A stretch of DNA of 64,000 nucleotides from an uncultured Actinomycetota bacterium. Lineage in GTDB: Bacteria; Actinomycetota; Actinomycetes; Mycobacteriales; Mycobacteriaceae. Positions 12,178-27,040 of the stretch are shown piece by piece; the stretch's first letter is position 1, and each line of letters begins with the position of its first letter. The notes under the pieces were generated by a model. The model saw only the letters and a list, made by a program, of their open reading frames with translations, did no database searches and was not told the origin of the DNA. Location of the stretch: positions 13,979-77,978 of the forward strand of contig CAWJDL010000001.1 in the NCBI GenBank assembly GCA_963841555.1, in the 5' to 3' direction. Made by a program: the position numbers and the translations under genes.

Positions 12178-13100
12178 TACTGTCCGCGCCACCCCGTGAC
12201 CGGCAACCGGAACTTGCGCACCAGGCGGTCGGTGAACGGCGCGCTGTCCAGCCGTACCCATTTGAGCGGGGTGCCGCAGCGCGTCACCTCCAACCGGCCA
12301 CCCGCGGGTACCACCATTTCGCGGCGGCCGTCGCAGAACACCAGCGCGTCGTGACCATCCGCCTCAATTTCGATAGCGATGGCGGCGTGGGGACTTGTCA
12401 CCATCGGCCGGGCGAACAGCGCGTGAGCGTTGTTGGGCACCACCAGGATTGCTTCCAGGTCCGGCCATACGATTGGCCCACCCGCAGAGAACGCCCACGC
12501 GGTTGACCCAGTCGGCGTCGCCACCAGTACGCCGTCGCAGCCGAATGCCGAGACCGGCCGGCCGTCGACCTCAAGAACCGCTCCCAGCACACCCAGCCGC
12601 GGCCCCTTCTCCAGGCTTGCCTCGTTCAGCGCCCAGCCGCGATCGATGACCTCGCCATCGGCGCGGACTACGACGTCCAGGGTCATGCGCTCCTCGACGC
12701 GGTAGTCGCGCTTCACGACGTGATCCAGCACGGAGTCTATGTTGTCGGCCTCGGCTTCGGCGAGGAAGCCGATGCGGCCCAGATTGACGCCCAGCACCGG
12801 GATTTCGACGTTGCGGGCCAACTCCGCGGCGCGCAGGAACGTGCCGTCGCCGCCGAGGACCAAAACCAGTTCGCAGCCTTCGGCGGCACGCTCGTCGGCG
12901 TCAACCACCTCGATGTCTACCCCGAGCGCACGCATGTCGTCGGGCGCCAGGTGCAACGGCCCGCGGTCGACGGCTTCGGCGGAAAGCAAGCGTAGCCCAA
13001 TGCCGTTGTCGCCCAGCATTTTCTCTACCCGCCGAGCGACCTCGGTGGCCTCATCGCGACCCGTGTGCACCACAAGCAGGATGGTGCGTTCGGAGGTCAT
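12177..13100 (-). CDS. ppnK: NAD kinase
   Basis: [11 protein letters not shown] and TPTGSTA motifs. Confidence 0.95.
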   Translation of the reverse strand: MTSERTILLVVHTGRDEATEVARRVEKMLGDNGIGLRLLSAEAVDRGPLHLAPDDMRALGVDIEVVDADERAAEGCELVLVLGGDGTFLRAAELARNVEIPVLGVNLGRIGFLAEAEADNIDSVLDHVVKRDYRVEERMTLDVVVRADGEVIDRGWALNEASLEKGPRLGVLGAVLEVDGRPVSAFGCDGVLVATPTGSTAWAFSAGGPIVWPDLEAILVVPNNAHALFARPMVTSPHAAIAIEIEADGHDALVFCDGRREMVVPAGGRLEVTRCGTPLKWVRLDSAPFTDRLVRKFRLPVTGWRGQ

Positions 13101-13906
13101 TGCGGACCCTCCGCGACAGCGTGGTGTACCGCCTGCTCGAGCCGATCGCCCTGCAGCGGACTGTCGGCCCTGGCCCGCAGGCGCAGGAAGTACTCGACAT
13201 TGCCGGACGGACCCGGTAACGGGCTGGCGGTGACACCGACGGTCTGCCACTGGAGTCCGGCGGCACGACGCGCGACGGCGAGCACCGCATCCACACGCAA
13301 CTGCGGGTCGGAGACCACTCCGCCCGCGCCTACCCGGTCCTTCCCGACCTCGAACTGCGGCTTCACCATAGGAACGATATCCGCGTCGTCTGACGCGCAG
13401 GAGGTCAGCGCCGGCAGCACTGTCGCCAGCGAGATGAACGACAGATCGGCGACCACGAGGTCGACGGGTCCGCCGATCGTGTCGGCGGTCAGTTCGCGGA
13501 CGTTGGTGCGTTCAAGCACGATCACCCGCGGGTCGTTGCGCAATGACCACGCCAGCTGGCCGTAGCCAACGTCGACCGCGACGACTTCGCGGGCACCCCG
13601 GTCAAGTAGGACCTCAGTGAAGCCGCCAGTCGAGGCGCCGGCGTCCAGGCAGCGCCGGTTGTCGACCGAAAGGTCAAACGCATCGAGCGCGCCGATCAGC
13701 TTGTGCGCGCCGCGGGAGACCCAGGTGCGTTCGTCGTCGCGCTCGACGGTGAGCGTGGCACTGACCGCGATAGCCGTTGCGGGTTTGGCCGCGGGCATGC
13801 CGTCGATGGTCACCCGCCCGGCGCCGATCAATTCGGCGGCCTGCTGACGCGAGCGTGCAAGACCGCGCCGCACCAGCTCGGCGTCAACACGAGCGCGCCG
13901 CGTCAC
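13097..13906 (-). CDS. tlyA: TlyA rRNA 2'-O-methyltransferase
   Basis: S4 N-terminus, [24 protein letters not shown]. Confidence 0.96.
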   Translation of the reverse strand: MTRRARVDAELVRRGLARSRQQAAELIGAGRVTIDGMPAAKPATAIAVSATLTVERDDERTWVSRGAHKLIGALDAFDLSVDNRRCLDAGASTGGFTEVLLDRGAREVVAVDVGYGQLAWSLRNDPRVIVLERTNVRELTADTIGGPVDLVVADLSFISLATVLPALTSCASDDADIVPMVKPQFEVGKDRVGAGGVVSDPQLRVDAVLAVARRAAGLQWQTVGVTASPLPGPSGNVEYFLRLRARADSPLQGDRLEQAVHHAVAEGPQ

Positions 13907-13912
13907 GTGCGA

Positions 13913-14098
13913 TTAGCCTTTCTCGACCGATTCCAGCGCGCGCACCAGCAGGTCGTGGGCCTCCTCGAGCCGGGCCGCAATGGTGTCGATGTCGGATTCG
14001 GCGAGTTCGTCGAAAGAGGAGCCCTCCTGCGCGGGGTCGGGCACATCGGCCAGCAACTCCGCGATCTGGGCACGGATCTGATCGGGGTCGGTACTCAT
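13913..14098 (-). CDS. Small conserved hypothetical protein (Rv1693-like)
   Basis: MSTDPDQIRAQIAELL...LEEAHDLLVRALESVEKG, in the syntenic slot. Confidence 0.7.
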   Translation of the reverse strand: MSTDPDQIRAQIAELLADVPDPAQEGSSFDELAESDIDTIAARLEEAHDLLVRALESVEKG

Positions 14099-14106
14099 CT
14101 CGCTCT

Positions 14107-15129
14107 TCACGCTAGCCGATTCGGCGGGGTGAGCAGGGACCAGCGATCCATGGCCTGTCGCGCTGTGTCGTCACCCGCCATCAAGATGACCGGTCGCCCG
14201 TCGAGGTGGGCGTTCCAGACCGCGCTTGCGGTGGCGCGGACCACCGATAGCGGGTCCCCCGGGTCCCGGCCGGTCGACTGCACTGTCACCGCCGACGGGC
14301 CGACGTCGACGTACCACGCCGGGTGTGGCCCGATGCGCAGGCTGTCCGCACGGGCGTACAGCGCGCGCAGGTCCTCGGCGATGTAGTTGGGCCGTTGTCC
14401 GACCGCGGCGCGCACCGTATCGGCGGCAGTGCTGACTCCGCACAGCACAAGCAGGCTTGGCAGGCCTGCGGCGCCTGCACCCGCGATGTCGGTGTCGAGG
14501 CGGTCACCGACCACGAGCGGAGCGCGAAACTTGCCGCGCGCCAACGCGTCCGTCAACAAGGTCGGCTCGGGCTTGCCGGCCACCTGTGGTTTGACGTCGG
14601 TGGCGGCGCGCAGCGCGGCGACCATCGCCCCGTTTCCGGGCAGTAATCCTCGTTCGGACGGCAGAGTCTTGTCGACGTTCGCGGCGACCCACAGTGCTCC
14701 GCCGCGGATGGCCAGCGCCGCTTCCGCGAGATCCGGCCAGCCGGTCTGCGGCGAATGTCCCTGTACGACGGCGACCGGGCCGTCCGACCATTGCCGGACG
14801 GGCTTGAGACCCACTTTCCGGATTTCGGCTGCGAGCGAATCGGTGCCGACGATGAGGACCGGCGCACCGGGTTGCAACTGCTCCTGCAGCAGCCGCGCTG
14901 CACTTTGAGCGCTGGTGACGATGTCGTCGGGCTTGGCCGAGAAGCCCATCGCACACAGGTGCTGGGCGACTTCGGCCGGTCCTCGGGAGGCGTTGTTGGT
15001 GACGAACAGTGTCCTGGCCCGGACTACGGCCAGGGTATCGACGGCACCCGGCGTGGGTTCATTTCCGCGGAAGACGGTGCCGTCGAGATCAAGCAGTAGG
15101 CAATCATGGTCCTGCGCAAGGGTACTCAC
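14107..15129 (-). CDS. HAD-IIA family hydrolase (Rv1692-like)
   Basis: LDLDGTV, VTNNASR, GKPEP and VGDRLDTDI motifs. Confidence 0.93.
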   Translation of the reverse strand: MSTLAQDHDCLLLDLDGTVFRGNEPTPGAVDTLAVVRARTLFVTNNASRGPAEVAQHLCAMGFSAKPDDIVTSAQSAARLLQEQLQPGAPVLIVGTDSLAAEIRKVGLKPVRQWSDGPVAVVQGHSPQTGWPDLAEAALAIRGGALWVAANVDKTLPSERGLLPGNGAMVAALRAATDVKPQVAGKPEPTLLTDALARGKFRAPLVVGDRLDTDIAGAGAAGLPSLLVLCGVSTAADTVRAAVGQRPNYIAEDLRALYARADSLRIGPHPAWYVDVGPSAVTVQSTGRDPGDPLSVVRATASAVWNAHLDGRPVILMAGDDTARQAMDRWSLLTPPNRLA

Positions 15130-15130
15130 G

Positions 15131-15913
15131 TCAGGCAAGCTCCGTGATCCGCTCTTCGGCGTCGGTTACGCCGTCGACATCGGCGGCCGCGGCGTTGATG
15201 AACCATTGCAGCGCTTCTTGGTTGCGGCCAAGCGCGAGCAGCGTTTCGGCGTAGGAGTAGAACAGCCGGGCGGCCGTCTGCCCGGTGCGGGCCCGGTCCA
15301 GTTGCGGGGTCGACAAGATCGCGAGGGCCTGCTCGTGCTGCCCGAGGTCGGAGCGCGCGCCGGCCACGACGATGCGCAGCTCGTCGGCGTCGTCTCCGGT
15401 GAGTTCGGCGGCTTCGGGCGTACGGGCCAGTTCTATCGCGCGTTCCGGGCGGCCAACCCCGCGTTCGCAGTCGGCGATCAGCGGAAGCAACGGCGACTTA
15501 CTGCCCATCCGACGAGCAGCGCGCAGTTCGGCCAGCGCCTGGGCCCAGTCACCACAGTGGTAGGCCGCGATGCCGACGGCCTCTCGGACCGCGGCTATGC
15601 GGCCGGACCGGGCGCGGGCAGCGCGGGCGTGCGCCAGCGCGGCCTCAGGGTCGTCGTCGAGGAGTTCGCCGGCAGCCACCAGATGCCGCGCCACGACGTC
15701 GGCCGTGGCCCGATCCAATGTCGTGAGTTCGCCCCGGATCTCGGGCGACAGTTGCTTGGCTTCGATCTCGGCCGGAATCGGCGGACCTTGGGGCCGTGGT
15801 GCTTCGCCGTCGGGTTTCGGCTGGGCGCGGCGGGCACGGTCGGGCCCCGACGCGCGCGGCGCCGAACGCCGGGGACGGCGCCGGTCGCTGCCGCCCTGCC
15901 TGTCCTGGACCAC
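15131..15913 (-). CDS. TPR-like conserved protein (Rv1691-like)
   Basis: Helical repeats (AREAVGIAAYHCGDWAQALAELRAARR). Start position approximate. Confidence 0.8.
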   Translation of the reverse strand: MVQDRQGGSDRRRPRRSAPRASGPDRARRAQPKPDGEAPRPQGPPIPAEIEAKQLSPEIRGELTTLDRATADVVARHLVAAGELLDDDPEAALAHARAARARSGRIAAVREAVGIAAYHCGDWAQALAELRAARRMGSKSPLLPLIADCERGVGRPERAIELARTPEAAELTGDDADELRIVVAGARSDLGQHEQALAILSTPQLDRARTGQTAARLFYSYAETLLALGRNQEALQWFINAAAADVDGVTDAEERITELA

Positions 15914-15982
15914 GTATGCCTTTCTACACTTATTTGCCAGCCACGACAATTCAAGAATTGAATTGTCAGATTGCGGTGAATA

Positions 15983-16020
15983 TAGAATCACCCCCCACGC
16001 AATTGTGGGGGGTGATTCTA
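15983..16020 (-). terminator. rrn operon terminator hairpin
   Basis: Perfect 16-bp inverted repeat TAGAATCACCCCCCAC / GTGGGGGGTGATTCTA just past 5S. Confidence 0.85.
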
Positions 16021-16025
16021 ATGTG

Positions 16026-16143
16026 TGTTCGGCGGTGTCCTACTTTTCCACCCGGGTTGGGTAGTATCATCGGCGCTGGCAGGCTTAGCTTCCGGGTTCG
16101 GGATGGGTCCGGGCGTTTCCCTGCCGCTATGTACCGCCGTAAC
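16026..16143 (-). rRNA. rrf: 5S rRNA
   Basis: Reverse complement GTTACGGCGG...CCCATCCCGAACCCGGAAGCTAAGCC...CCGCCGAACA. Confidence 0.96.
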
Positions 16144-16245
16144 TTTATTCACTCTTTTTTGAGTGTCCCCCCGTGTGGGGGGTGGTGTTATTTGGTGGTG
16201 GGGTGCAGTCGTTTGAAGACTGTGGTTTGTGGTTGCGAGTTTGTG

Positions 16246-19373
<3,128 letters not shown>

Positions 19374-19792
19374 CACAAAACCAAAAGTTATAAAAACTTT
19401 GAAATTGCACATCAGACACACAAAAACCCGCACCCCCAAAAAGGGCACGGAACCCTTGCGCGCTCGATGCTCGCAACCACTATCCACAAATCAAACACCA
19501 CACCCCACCACCAAAGCAGGGCGACAACAACCACACTCCCTCGCAGGAAGCGCACCCCAACCTCGGGGTATAACCATCTCCGGTTTCCCACACTCGGGAC
19601 GAAGAGATAGCGGGCCTGTTGCCTCAAAGCCCAATAGTGTGTCTGGCAGTTCCCATCACCGGTGTTTCCCCACCGGTTCAACGTTTGTTGTGCACCAGAA
19701 CCACACCCACTACAGGCGTAGCCCATCATCACGATTCGCTCGGATCACCGAACCCCCACACGATGTGGGCGGGTCACGAGTCTCGTGGTGCT

Positions 19793-21320
<1,528 letters not shown>

Positions 21321-21458
21321 AACAACCCATCCAAAGACAGGTGAATTCGAATCAGAACAAGCCTGACCTAACAAAAAGACACCAAAAACTGGCATCAAAA
21401 AAACCACACCCTAAACGGGAAAAAGAGCATGGCAAAAAACAAACAACAAACAAAAACC

Positions 21459-21489
21459 ACCAAACACACTATTGAGTTCTCAAACAACA
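21459..21489 (-). promoter_or_regulatory. rrn leader BoxA/CL2 antitermination element
   Basis: Reverse complement TGTTGTTTGAGAACTCAATAGTGTGTTTGGT matches the conserved mycobacterial leader. Confidence 0.85.
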
Positions 21490-21632
21490 CACCCGCCCGG
21501 CCGCGCAAACCAACCCGCGGCTTTTGGCCGCTGGTCAGTAGTACGGACGGTCAGGAACCCACCGAAGTGGGATTTCCCTCTGGGAGCCGTCGCGCTCAGC
21601 GGGCTAACCCGCGTCGCTGACGACGAGACAAC

Positions 21633-21661
21633 AAGTTACGTGAGGGAAAACTCGGAGTCAA
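21633..21661 (-). promoter_or_regulatory. rrnB P1 promoter
   Basis: TTGACT-17 nt-TAACTT on the minus strand between tyrS and 16S. Confidence 0.88.
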
Positions 21662-21733
21662 ATGGCCTGATGGGGCGTGTCTTTCGGTTCCGCTCCCATC
21701 GCGCGCACGCAGACGTGCGTCGACTCCGACAGC

Positions 21734-23012
21734 TCATCCAACGCGCTCGACGCCGGCAATATTCCGCTTACCGCGCCGCAGTACCAGCCAACGACCGTGC
21801 AGGAAGTCCGCAGGCTGTGGCACCCACTCCTCGCTGTCGATCCGCAGATTGTTGACGTAGGCGCCGCCCTCACCGATCGTCCGGCGCGCGGCGCCCTTGC
21901 TGCCCGACTAATCCGCTGGCCACCAGCAGGTCGGTGATGGTGTCGGGTCCTCCCGGCTTGAGCTCGGCCACAGATGCCTCCCGAAGCGCCGCTGCCAGCG
22001 TCGGCTCATCGAGCTGGGCCAGCTCGCCCCGGCCGAACAGCGCCTGGCTGGCATGTTCGACCGCTTCCGTCGCGGCCTCCCCGTGCACCAGCGTGGTCAG
22101 CTCGCGGGCCAGCCGACGCTGCGCCGCTCGCTCGTGCGGCCGCTCCGTCGTCGCCTGCTCCAGTTCGGCGAGCTCCTCGCGTGACAGGAAGGTGAACCAG
22201 CGCAGATATCGGACGACGTCGGCGTCGGCCGTGTTGACGAAGTACTGGTACCACGCGTACGGGCTCGTCATGTCGGGGTCGAGCCAGAGGCTGCCACCGC
22301 CGGTCGACTTCCCGAACTTCTTGCCTTCCGAATCCGTCACCAGCGGCGTGGTCAGCGCATGCACCGTCGCGCCCACCGTCTGCCGGACCAGCCGGACCCC
22401 GGCGATGATGTTGCCCCACTGGTCGGAGCCGCCGATCTGCAGCGTGCACCCGTACCGTTGGTACAGCTCCACGTAGTCGTTGGCCTGCAGCAGCATGTAG
22501 CTGAACTCCGTGTAGGAGATGCCCTCGCCCTCCAACCGGCGCCGTACCGTGTCGCGATCGAGCATGACGTTGACCGAGAAGTGCTTGCCGACGTCGCGGA
22601 GGAACTCGATCGCCGACAGCTCGCTCGTCCATGACAGGTTGTTCTGCACGACGGCGCCCGTCGGCGAGTCGTCGAAATCGACGAACCGCTCGAGCTGCCC
22701 CCGAATCCGATCGGCCCAGTCTGCGACCGTGTCCGCGGTGTTGAGGGTCCGCTCGCCGGTGTCGCGAGGGTCGCCGATCATGCCGGTAGCACCGCCTGCC
22801 AAGACGATCGGCCGGTGCCCAGCCTGTTGGAAGCGGCGCAGCGTCAGCAGCGGGACGAGGTGTCCGGCGTGCAGGCTCGGTGCGGTGGGGTCGAAGCCCG
22901 AATAGACGGTGATGGGTCCGGAGTCCAGCTCGGCCGCCAGCGCATCCCGATCGGTGGACTGCGCAACCAGCCCTCGCCATTCCAATTCGTCGAGGATCTT
23001 CGGCGTACCCAT
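21734..23012 (-). CDS. tyrS: Tyrosyl-tRNA synthetase, apparent +1 frameshift near 21909
   Basis: [12 protein letters not shown] and KFGKS motifs. The S4-like tail ([18 protein letters not shown]...[15 protein letters not shown]) continues in another frame. Removing one base gives 425 aa. Confidence 0.95.
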
Positions 23013-23043
23013 AGGAGTCGATCTTCCCCTACCGTCGATGCCG

Positions 23044-23484
23044 ATGTTGTTGCAGATCCGGGGTCATCACCTGCCGGGCCGGGCGTGGCGATCACCCGAC
23101 GAGCAGTACGACAACGTGCACGTCGGCATTCAGGTCGGCAAGGAGCCGCGCGAGCTGGTGCGCGGCGACGCGGACACCTCGTCGTGGACGGTCCCGATCG
23201 AGGTTGTCGCCCGCGACGGCGGACTGGATTTCCGCGGCACGGCGGTGCAGGGCAGGCCCGGGGCCCGGTTTATCTATCTCACCTGGGGCGACGTCGCCGA
23301 GGACGGCTCCTTCGCGATGTTCCGCCGGGCCAAACTCATGCTCGCCGACCTCGAATCTTTCGTGGGTGGCACCGGCGACAGGTTGCAGGTGGTCGCCCGT
23401 GTGGACCTCACCGACGAATGCGGCGGGCCGCGGTGCGCCCGGCTCACGCCGCCGGCATTGACCCTGGAGCAGGCCGCCGACTGA
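23044..23484 (+). CDS. DUF5990-like protein
   Basis: IRGHHLPGR...[15 protein letters not shown]...MFRRAKL, family recognised from memory. Confidence 0.72.
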   Translation: MLLQIRGHHLPGRAWRSPDEQYDNVHVGIQVGKEPRELVRGDADTSSWTVPIEVVARDGGLDFRGTAVQGRPGARFIYLTWGDVAEDGSFAMFRRAKLMLADLESFVGGTGDRLQVVARVDLTDECGGPRCARLTPPALTLEQAAD

Positions 23485-23493
23485 CGCGGCGGG

Positions 23494-24105
23494 TCAATCA
23501 CTTTCGCCGGGAGCCGGTGCCCGCGGACTTCGGCGATACGGCGACACCTCCGGGCGACCGGCCAGCCAGAACCGCCACGGCCGGTCCGCAGCCTTGCTGA
23601 CACCGACCCGGGGGCCATCGACGCCGACCTGCTCGTCGCCGAGCGTCAACCGAACCGGACTGCTGGAGTCGAATAGGTCAATTCCGTTGTCGCCCATGGT
23701 GATTCCGAGCGCTGAGCAAAGATTGCCGGGTCCACGCGCCAATGCTGCCGGCCGCGTCGAGTCTCCGCGACGAGCCTGGGCGGCGTCGATGCCCGCCTCC
23801 ACCGCGGCCGCCCGCAACAACACCGCCCCCGCCACACCATCCGTGGCGCACACGACGTTCGCACACACGTGAATGCCGTGACTCCGGTAGGTGTAGAGCC
23901 GCCCAGCGGGACCGAACATCACCCAGTTACGCCCCCCGAGCCCACGAAAAGAATGCGACGCGGCGTCGGGCCAGGGGCCGTCGAGCGGGCCGCCGTAGGC
24001 CTCCACCTCCACGATCATGGCGCTCACACCGCGCCCGTTCAGCGCCGCGCCGAGCAGTCGCCGGGCCGCGATCACGGGATCCACGGACAGCAGCTCGGCA
24101 CTCAC
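23494..24105 (-). CDS. mpg: 3-methyladenine DNA glycosylase (MPG)
   Basis: [30 protein letters not shown] and GPRVGVS motifs. Confidence 0.93.
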   Translation of the reverse strand: MSAELLSVDPVIAARRLLGAALNGRGVSAMIVEVEAYGGPLDGPWPDAASHSFRGLGGRNWVMFGPAGRLYTYRSHGIHVCANVVCATDGVAGAVLLRAAAVEAGIDAAQARRGDSTRPAALARGPGNLCSALGITMGDNGIDLFDSSSPVRLTLGDEQVGVDGPRVGVSKAADRPWRFWLAGRPEVSPYRRSPRAPAPGESD

Positions 24106-24164
24106 GCGAGCGATTCTGCCCGCGACGCTTGACACACCCACCAGCGGGGAGCACTATTCATCAC

Positions 24165-24929
24165 ATGATGAGTTCATCGAGCGATGAATTACTCCGCAAT
24201 GGGGTGGAGCCAGCCATCGGCGTACAGAATCTGCGGGTGATCCGCGGGAAACGGGTCGCGTTGGAGAACATCTCGGTCCAGATTGCGCGGGGCACCATCA
24301 CCGGCCTGCTCGGCCCGTCGGGCTGCGGCAAGACGACGCTCATGCGCAGCATCGTCGGCACACAGATCGTCGCTGAGGGCACCGTGACCGTACTGGGCCG
24401 CCCGGCAGGTTCGGCCGAACTGCGCCACCGCGTCGGCTATGTCACGCAGGACCCCACCATCTACAACGACCTCCGGATCATCGACAATGTGCGTTACTTC
24501 GCCGCGCTGTACGGCACGGACTCGAAGGCTGCGGATCAAGCAGTCTCGGACGTCGGCCTGGAAGATCATCGAACGGCGTTGTGCGGCAACCTATCCGGCG
24601 GTCAGCGCACCCGAGCGTCGTTAGCCTGCGCATTGGTGGCCCATCCCGATCTGTTGGTGCTCGACGAACCGACCGTCGGGCTTGACCCTGTGCTGCGCGT
24701 CGACCTGTGGGAGCAGTTCGACCAACTCGCCCGGCGCGGAACGACTCTGGTCGTTTCGAGCCACGTGATGGACGAGGCCGACCACTGTGGCGACCTGCTG
24801 CTCATGCGCGAAGGCCACCTGCTCGCACACACCACCCCCACCAAGCTACGAGAGGACACAGGATGTCAGTCACTGGAGGAAGCGTTTCTGTCCGTCATCC
24901 GGCACAGCACCGCAACCGCGGCAGGCTGA
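24165..24929 (+). CDS. ABC transporter ATP-binding protein (Rv1687c-like)
   Basis: GPSGCGKTT, LSGGQ and LDEPTVGLD motifs. Confidence 0.93.
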   Translation: MMSSSSDELLRNGVEPAIGVQNLRVIRGKRVALENISVQIARGTITGLLGPSGCGKTTLMRSIVGTQIVAEGTVTVLGRPAGSAELRHRVGYVTQDPTIYNDLRIIDNVRYFAALYGTDSKAADQAVSDVGLEDHRTALCGNLSGGQRTRASLACALVAHPDLLVLDEPTVGLDPVLRVDLWEQFDQLARRGTTLVVSSHVMDEADHCGDLLLMREGHLLAHTTPTKLREDTGCQSLEEAFLSVIRHSTATAAG

Positions 24930-25681
24930 GCCCGCAGGCGTACCTCGCCACCACCGCGCGGATCCTGCGCCAGCTCGCCGCCGATCATCGCAGTGTTGCG
25001 ATGATCCTCGTGGTGCCCAGCCTGATCATCACGCTGATGTACTTCATGTTCCAGAACGCGCCCCATCGCCCGGGCGCCCCGCCGCCGTTCAACAACGCAT
25101 GCCTGATCATGCTTGGCGTGTTCCCGCTCATCGTGATGTTCTTGATCACGTCGATAACGATGCAGCGAGAACGGGTTTCGGGAACGTTGGAGCGCATATT
25201 GACCACTCCCCTGCGCAGGCTCGACCTGCTGGCGGCGTACGGCACCGCGTTCTCGATCGCGGCTGCGGCGCAGGCCACGCTGGCGTGCATCGTGTCGTAC
25301 GTGTTCCTCGGCCTCGACACCAAGGGCAGCCCGATGCTGGTGTTCACCATCGCGATCATCAACGCCGTGCTGGGCGTGGGGCTGGGCCTGTTGTGTAGTG
25401 CGTTCGCCCGCACCGAATTTCAGGCCGTGCAGTTCATGCCGGTGGTGATCGCCCCGCAGTTGCTGCTGTGCGGCATCATTGTGCCGCGTGAGGTGCTGCC
25501 GGACTGGCTCCAATGGATCAGCAATGTGTTGCCGGCCAGCTACGCTCTAGAGGCGCTGCAACAGGTCGGCGCGTACTCGGAGCCGACGGCCATCGCCGTG
25601 CGCGACATCGCCGTCGTGATCGGCTTCGCGGTACTCGCGCTGTGCCTGGCCGCGGCGACGCTTCGACGAAGGACACCGTAA
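24926..25681 (+). CDS. ABC-2 permease (Rv1686c-like)
   Basis: Multiple TM segments, RERVSGTLERILTTP. Probable CTG start overlapping the upstream TGA. Confidence 0.88.
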   Translation: MSPQAYLATTARILRQLAADHRSVAMILVVPSLIITLMYFMFQNAPHRPGAPPPFNNACLIMLGVFPLIVMFLITSITMQRERVSGTLERILTTPLRRLDLLAAYGTAFSIAAAAQATLACIVSYVFLGLDTKGSPMLVFTIAIINAVLGVGLGLLCSAFARTEFQAVQFMPVVIAPQLLLCGIIVPREVLPDWLQWISNVLPASYALEALQQVGAYSEPTAIAVRDIAVVIGFAVLALCLAAATLRRRTP

Positions 25682-25686
25682 CCGCA

Positions 25687-26301
25687 TTGACCACCAACAT
25701 CGAACGCAAGCGTCCCGGGCGTCCGCCAGGAACGTCCGACACCCGCGAACGTATCCTGGAAAGTGCGCGTAACCTGTTCGCCCGCAACGGGATCGACAAG
25801 ACGTCGATCCGTGCCATCGCCAAGGACGCGGTCGTCGATCCCGCCTTGGTGCACCACTACTTCGGAACCAAGACCCAGTTGTTCGCCGCGGCGATCCATA
25901 TTCCGATAGACCCCATGGCGGTCATCGGTCCGCTGCGCGAAGTACCTGTCGAGCGGATCGGCTATGTGCTGCCGTCGATCCTGTTGACCCTCTGGGACTC
26001 CGAAATGGGCAAGGGATTCATCGCGACCCTGCGATCGATCCTGGCGGGCGGCGAGGTCTCGCTCATTCGGTCGTTCCTTCAGGAAGTGATCGCCGTCGAG
26101 GTCGGCAACCGCGTTGACAATCCGCCTGGCAGCGGACGCATCCGCGTTCAGTTCGTCGCATCGCAGTTGGTGGGTGTCGTGATGGCCCGCTACATCCTGG
26201 AATTGGATCCGTTCAAGTCGCTGCCGATCGAGCAGATCGCCGAAACCATCGCGCCCAACCTGCAGCGCTACCTCACGGGCGAACTACCCGGGCTCACCTG
26301 A
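25687..26301 (+). CDS. TetR family regulator (Rv1685c-like)
   Basis: RPGRPPG...SIRAIAKDAVVDPALVHHYFGTK. Confidence 0.9.
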   Translation: MTTNIERKRPGRPPGTSDTRERILESARNLFARNGIDKTSIRAIAKDAVVDPALVHHYFGTKTQLFAAAIHIPIDPMAVIGPLREVPVERIGYVLPSILLTLWDSEMGKGFIATLRSILAGGEVSLIRSFLQEVIAVEVGNRVDNPPGSGRIRVQFVASQLVGVVMARYILELDPFKSLPIEQIAETIAPNLQRYLTGELPGLT

Positions 26302-26496
26302 GCGCTCCAGCATCCGCTGATGCTCGGCGTCGTCGGTCACCGCGACCGCCTCGTCGACGAGCAGGACCGGGATGCCGTCCTCGATGCGGTACGCGCGGCG
26401 AAGCCGGGGGTTATAGAGGAACTCGTCGCCGACCAGCAACAGCGGCCCGCGGTCTTGCGGGCAGACCAGGATGCTCAGCAGTTTTTCGTCGAGCAC
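26284..26496 (-). CDS. Trm112 family protein (Rv1684-like)
   Basis: LLSILVCPQDRGPL...YRIEDGIPVLLVDEA. Confidence 0.9.
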   Translation of the reverse strand: MLDEKLLSILVCPQDRGPLLLVGDEFLYNPRLRRAYRIEDGIPVLLVDEAVAVTDDAEHQRMLERSGEPG

Positions 26497-26505
26497 AACG
26501 GCAGG

Positions 26506-26985
26506 CTAGCCGACGCCCGGCGGAAGTTGCGGGCCGATGCCCGGCGGCGGGCCCCCGATGCTGAACCCGGGCTGCTGACCCGTGTTCGCGTTCTGCATCT
26601 GAGCCTGCAGCTTGCGCTGGTAGGCGATCGTCTCCTTCAATGCCTCGATAAGCGGGGCCTGGTTCGGTCGTTTTTCCAGGGCGCTCGCGATTGCTTGCCT
26701 GTTCGCATTCGAGGCTTTGAAGCCCAGGCTACGAAGTTGTAGCGCCTGGTGGATCAGATTGGAGAGCTGGCCACCGCCCGCGCCCATGTCGTAGTCCCTG
26801 GCGATGATGGCAAGTGCTTCATCGGCCGACATATCCGGCGAGATCTCGGGCTGCGTGGTTGTCGAGTCCGCGGGGTCGGCCAGCGCCGTCGGCGAGCCGA
26901 TGCCCGTGAGGAGCCCAACGGCCATGGCGCCGCTGGCCACCGCGGCTTTGACCGCGCGCCGCAGATTACCGGTCTGCAATGTCAT
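26506..26985 (-). CDS. Secreted conserved hypothetical protein
   Basis: Signal-like N-terminus ending ALA-DP, Pro/Gly-rich tail. Confidence 0.7.
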   Translation of the reverse strand: MTLQTGNLRRAVKAAVASGAMAVGLLTGIGSPTALADPADSTTTQPEISPDMSADEALAIIARDYDMGAGGGQLSNLIHQALQLRSLGFKASNANRQAIASALEKRPNQAPLIEALKETIAYQRKLQAQMQNANTGQQPGFSIGGPPPGIGPQLPPGVG

Positions 26986-27040
26986 CTCTCCTCCTGCCGC
27001 CAGCGGGAGCCTAACAGCGAGTCGGCCGCGAGGCACGGGC

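Noticed and set aside
24113-24134. TGTCAA-N10-CAGAAT upstream of mpg as a damage-inducible promoter
   Set aside because: Both elements deviate from the consensus, and TGTCAA is simply the reverse complement of the TTGACA that may serve the divergent ABC operon.
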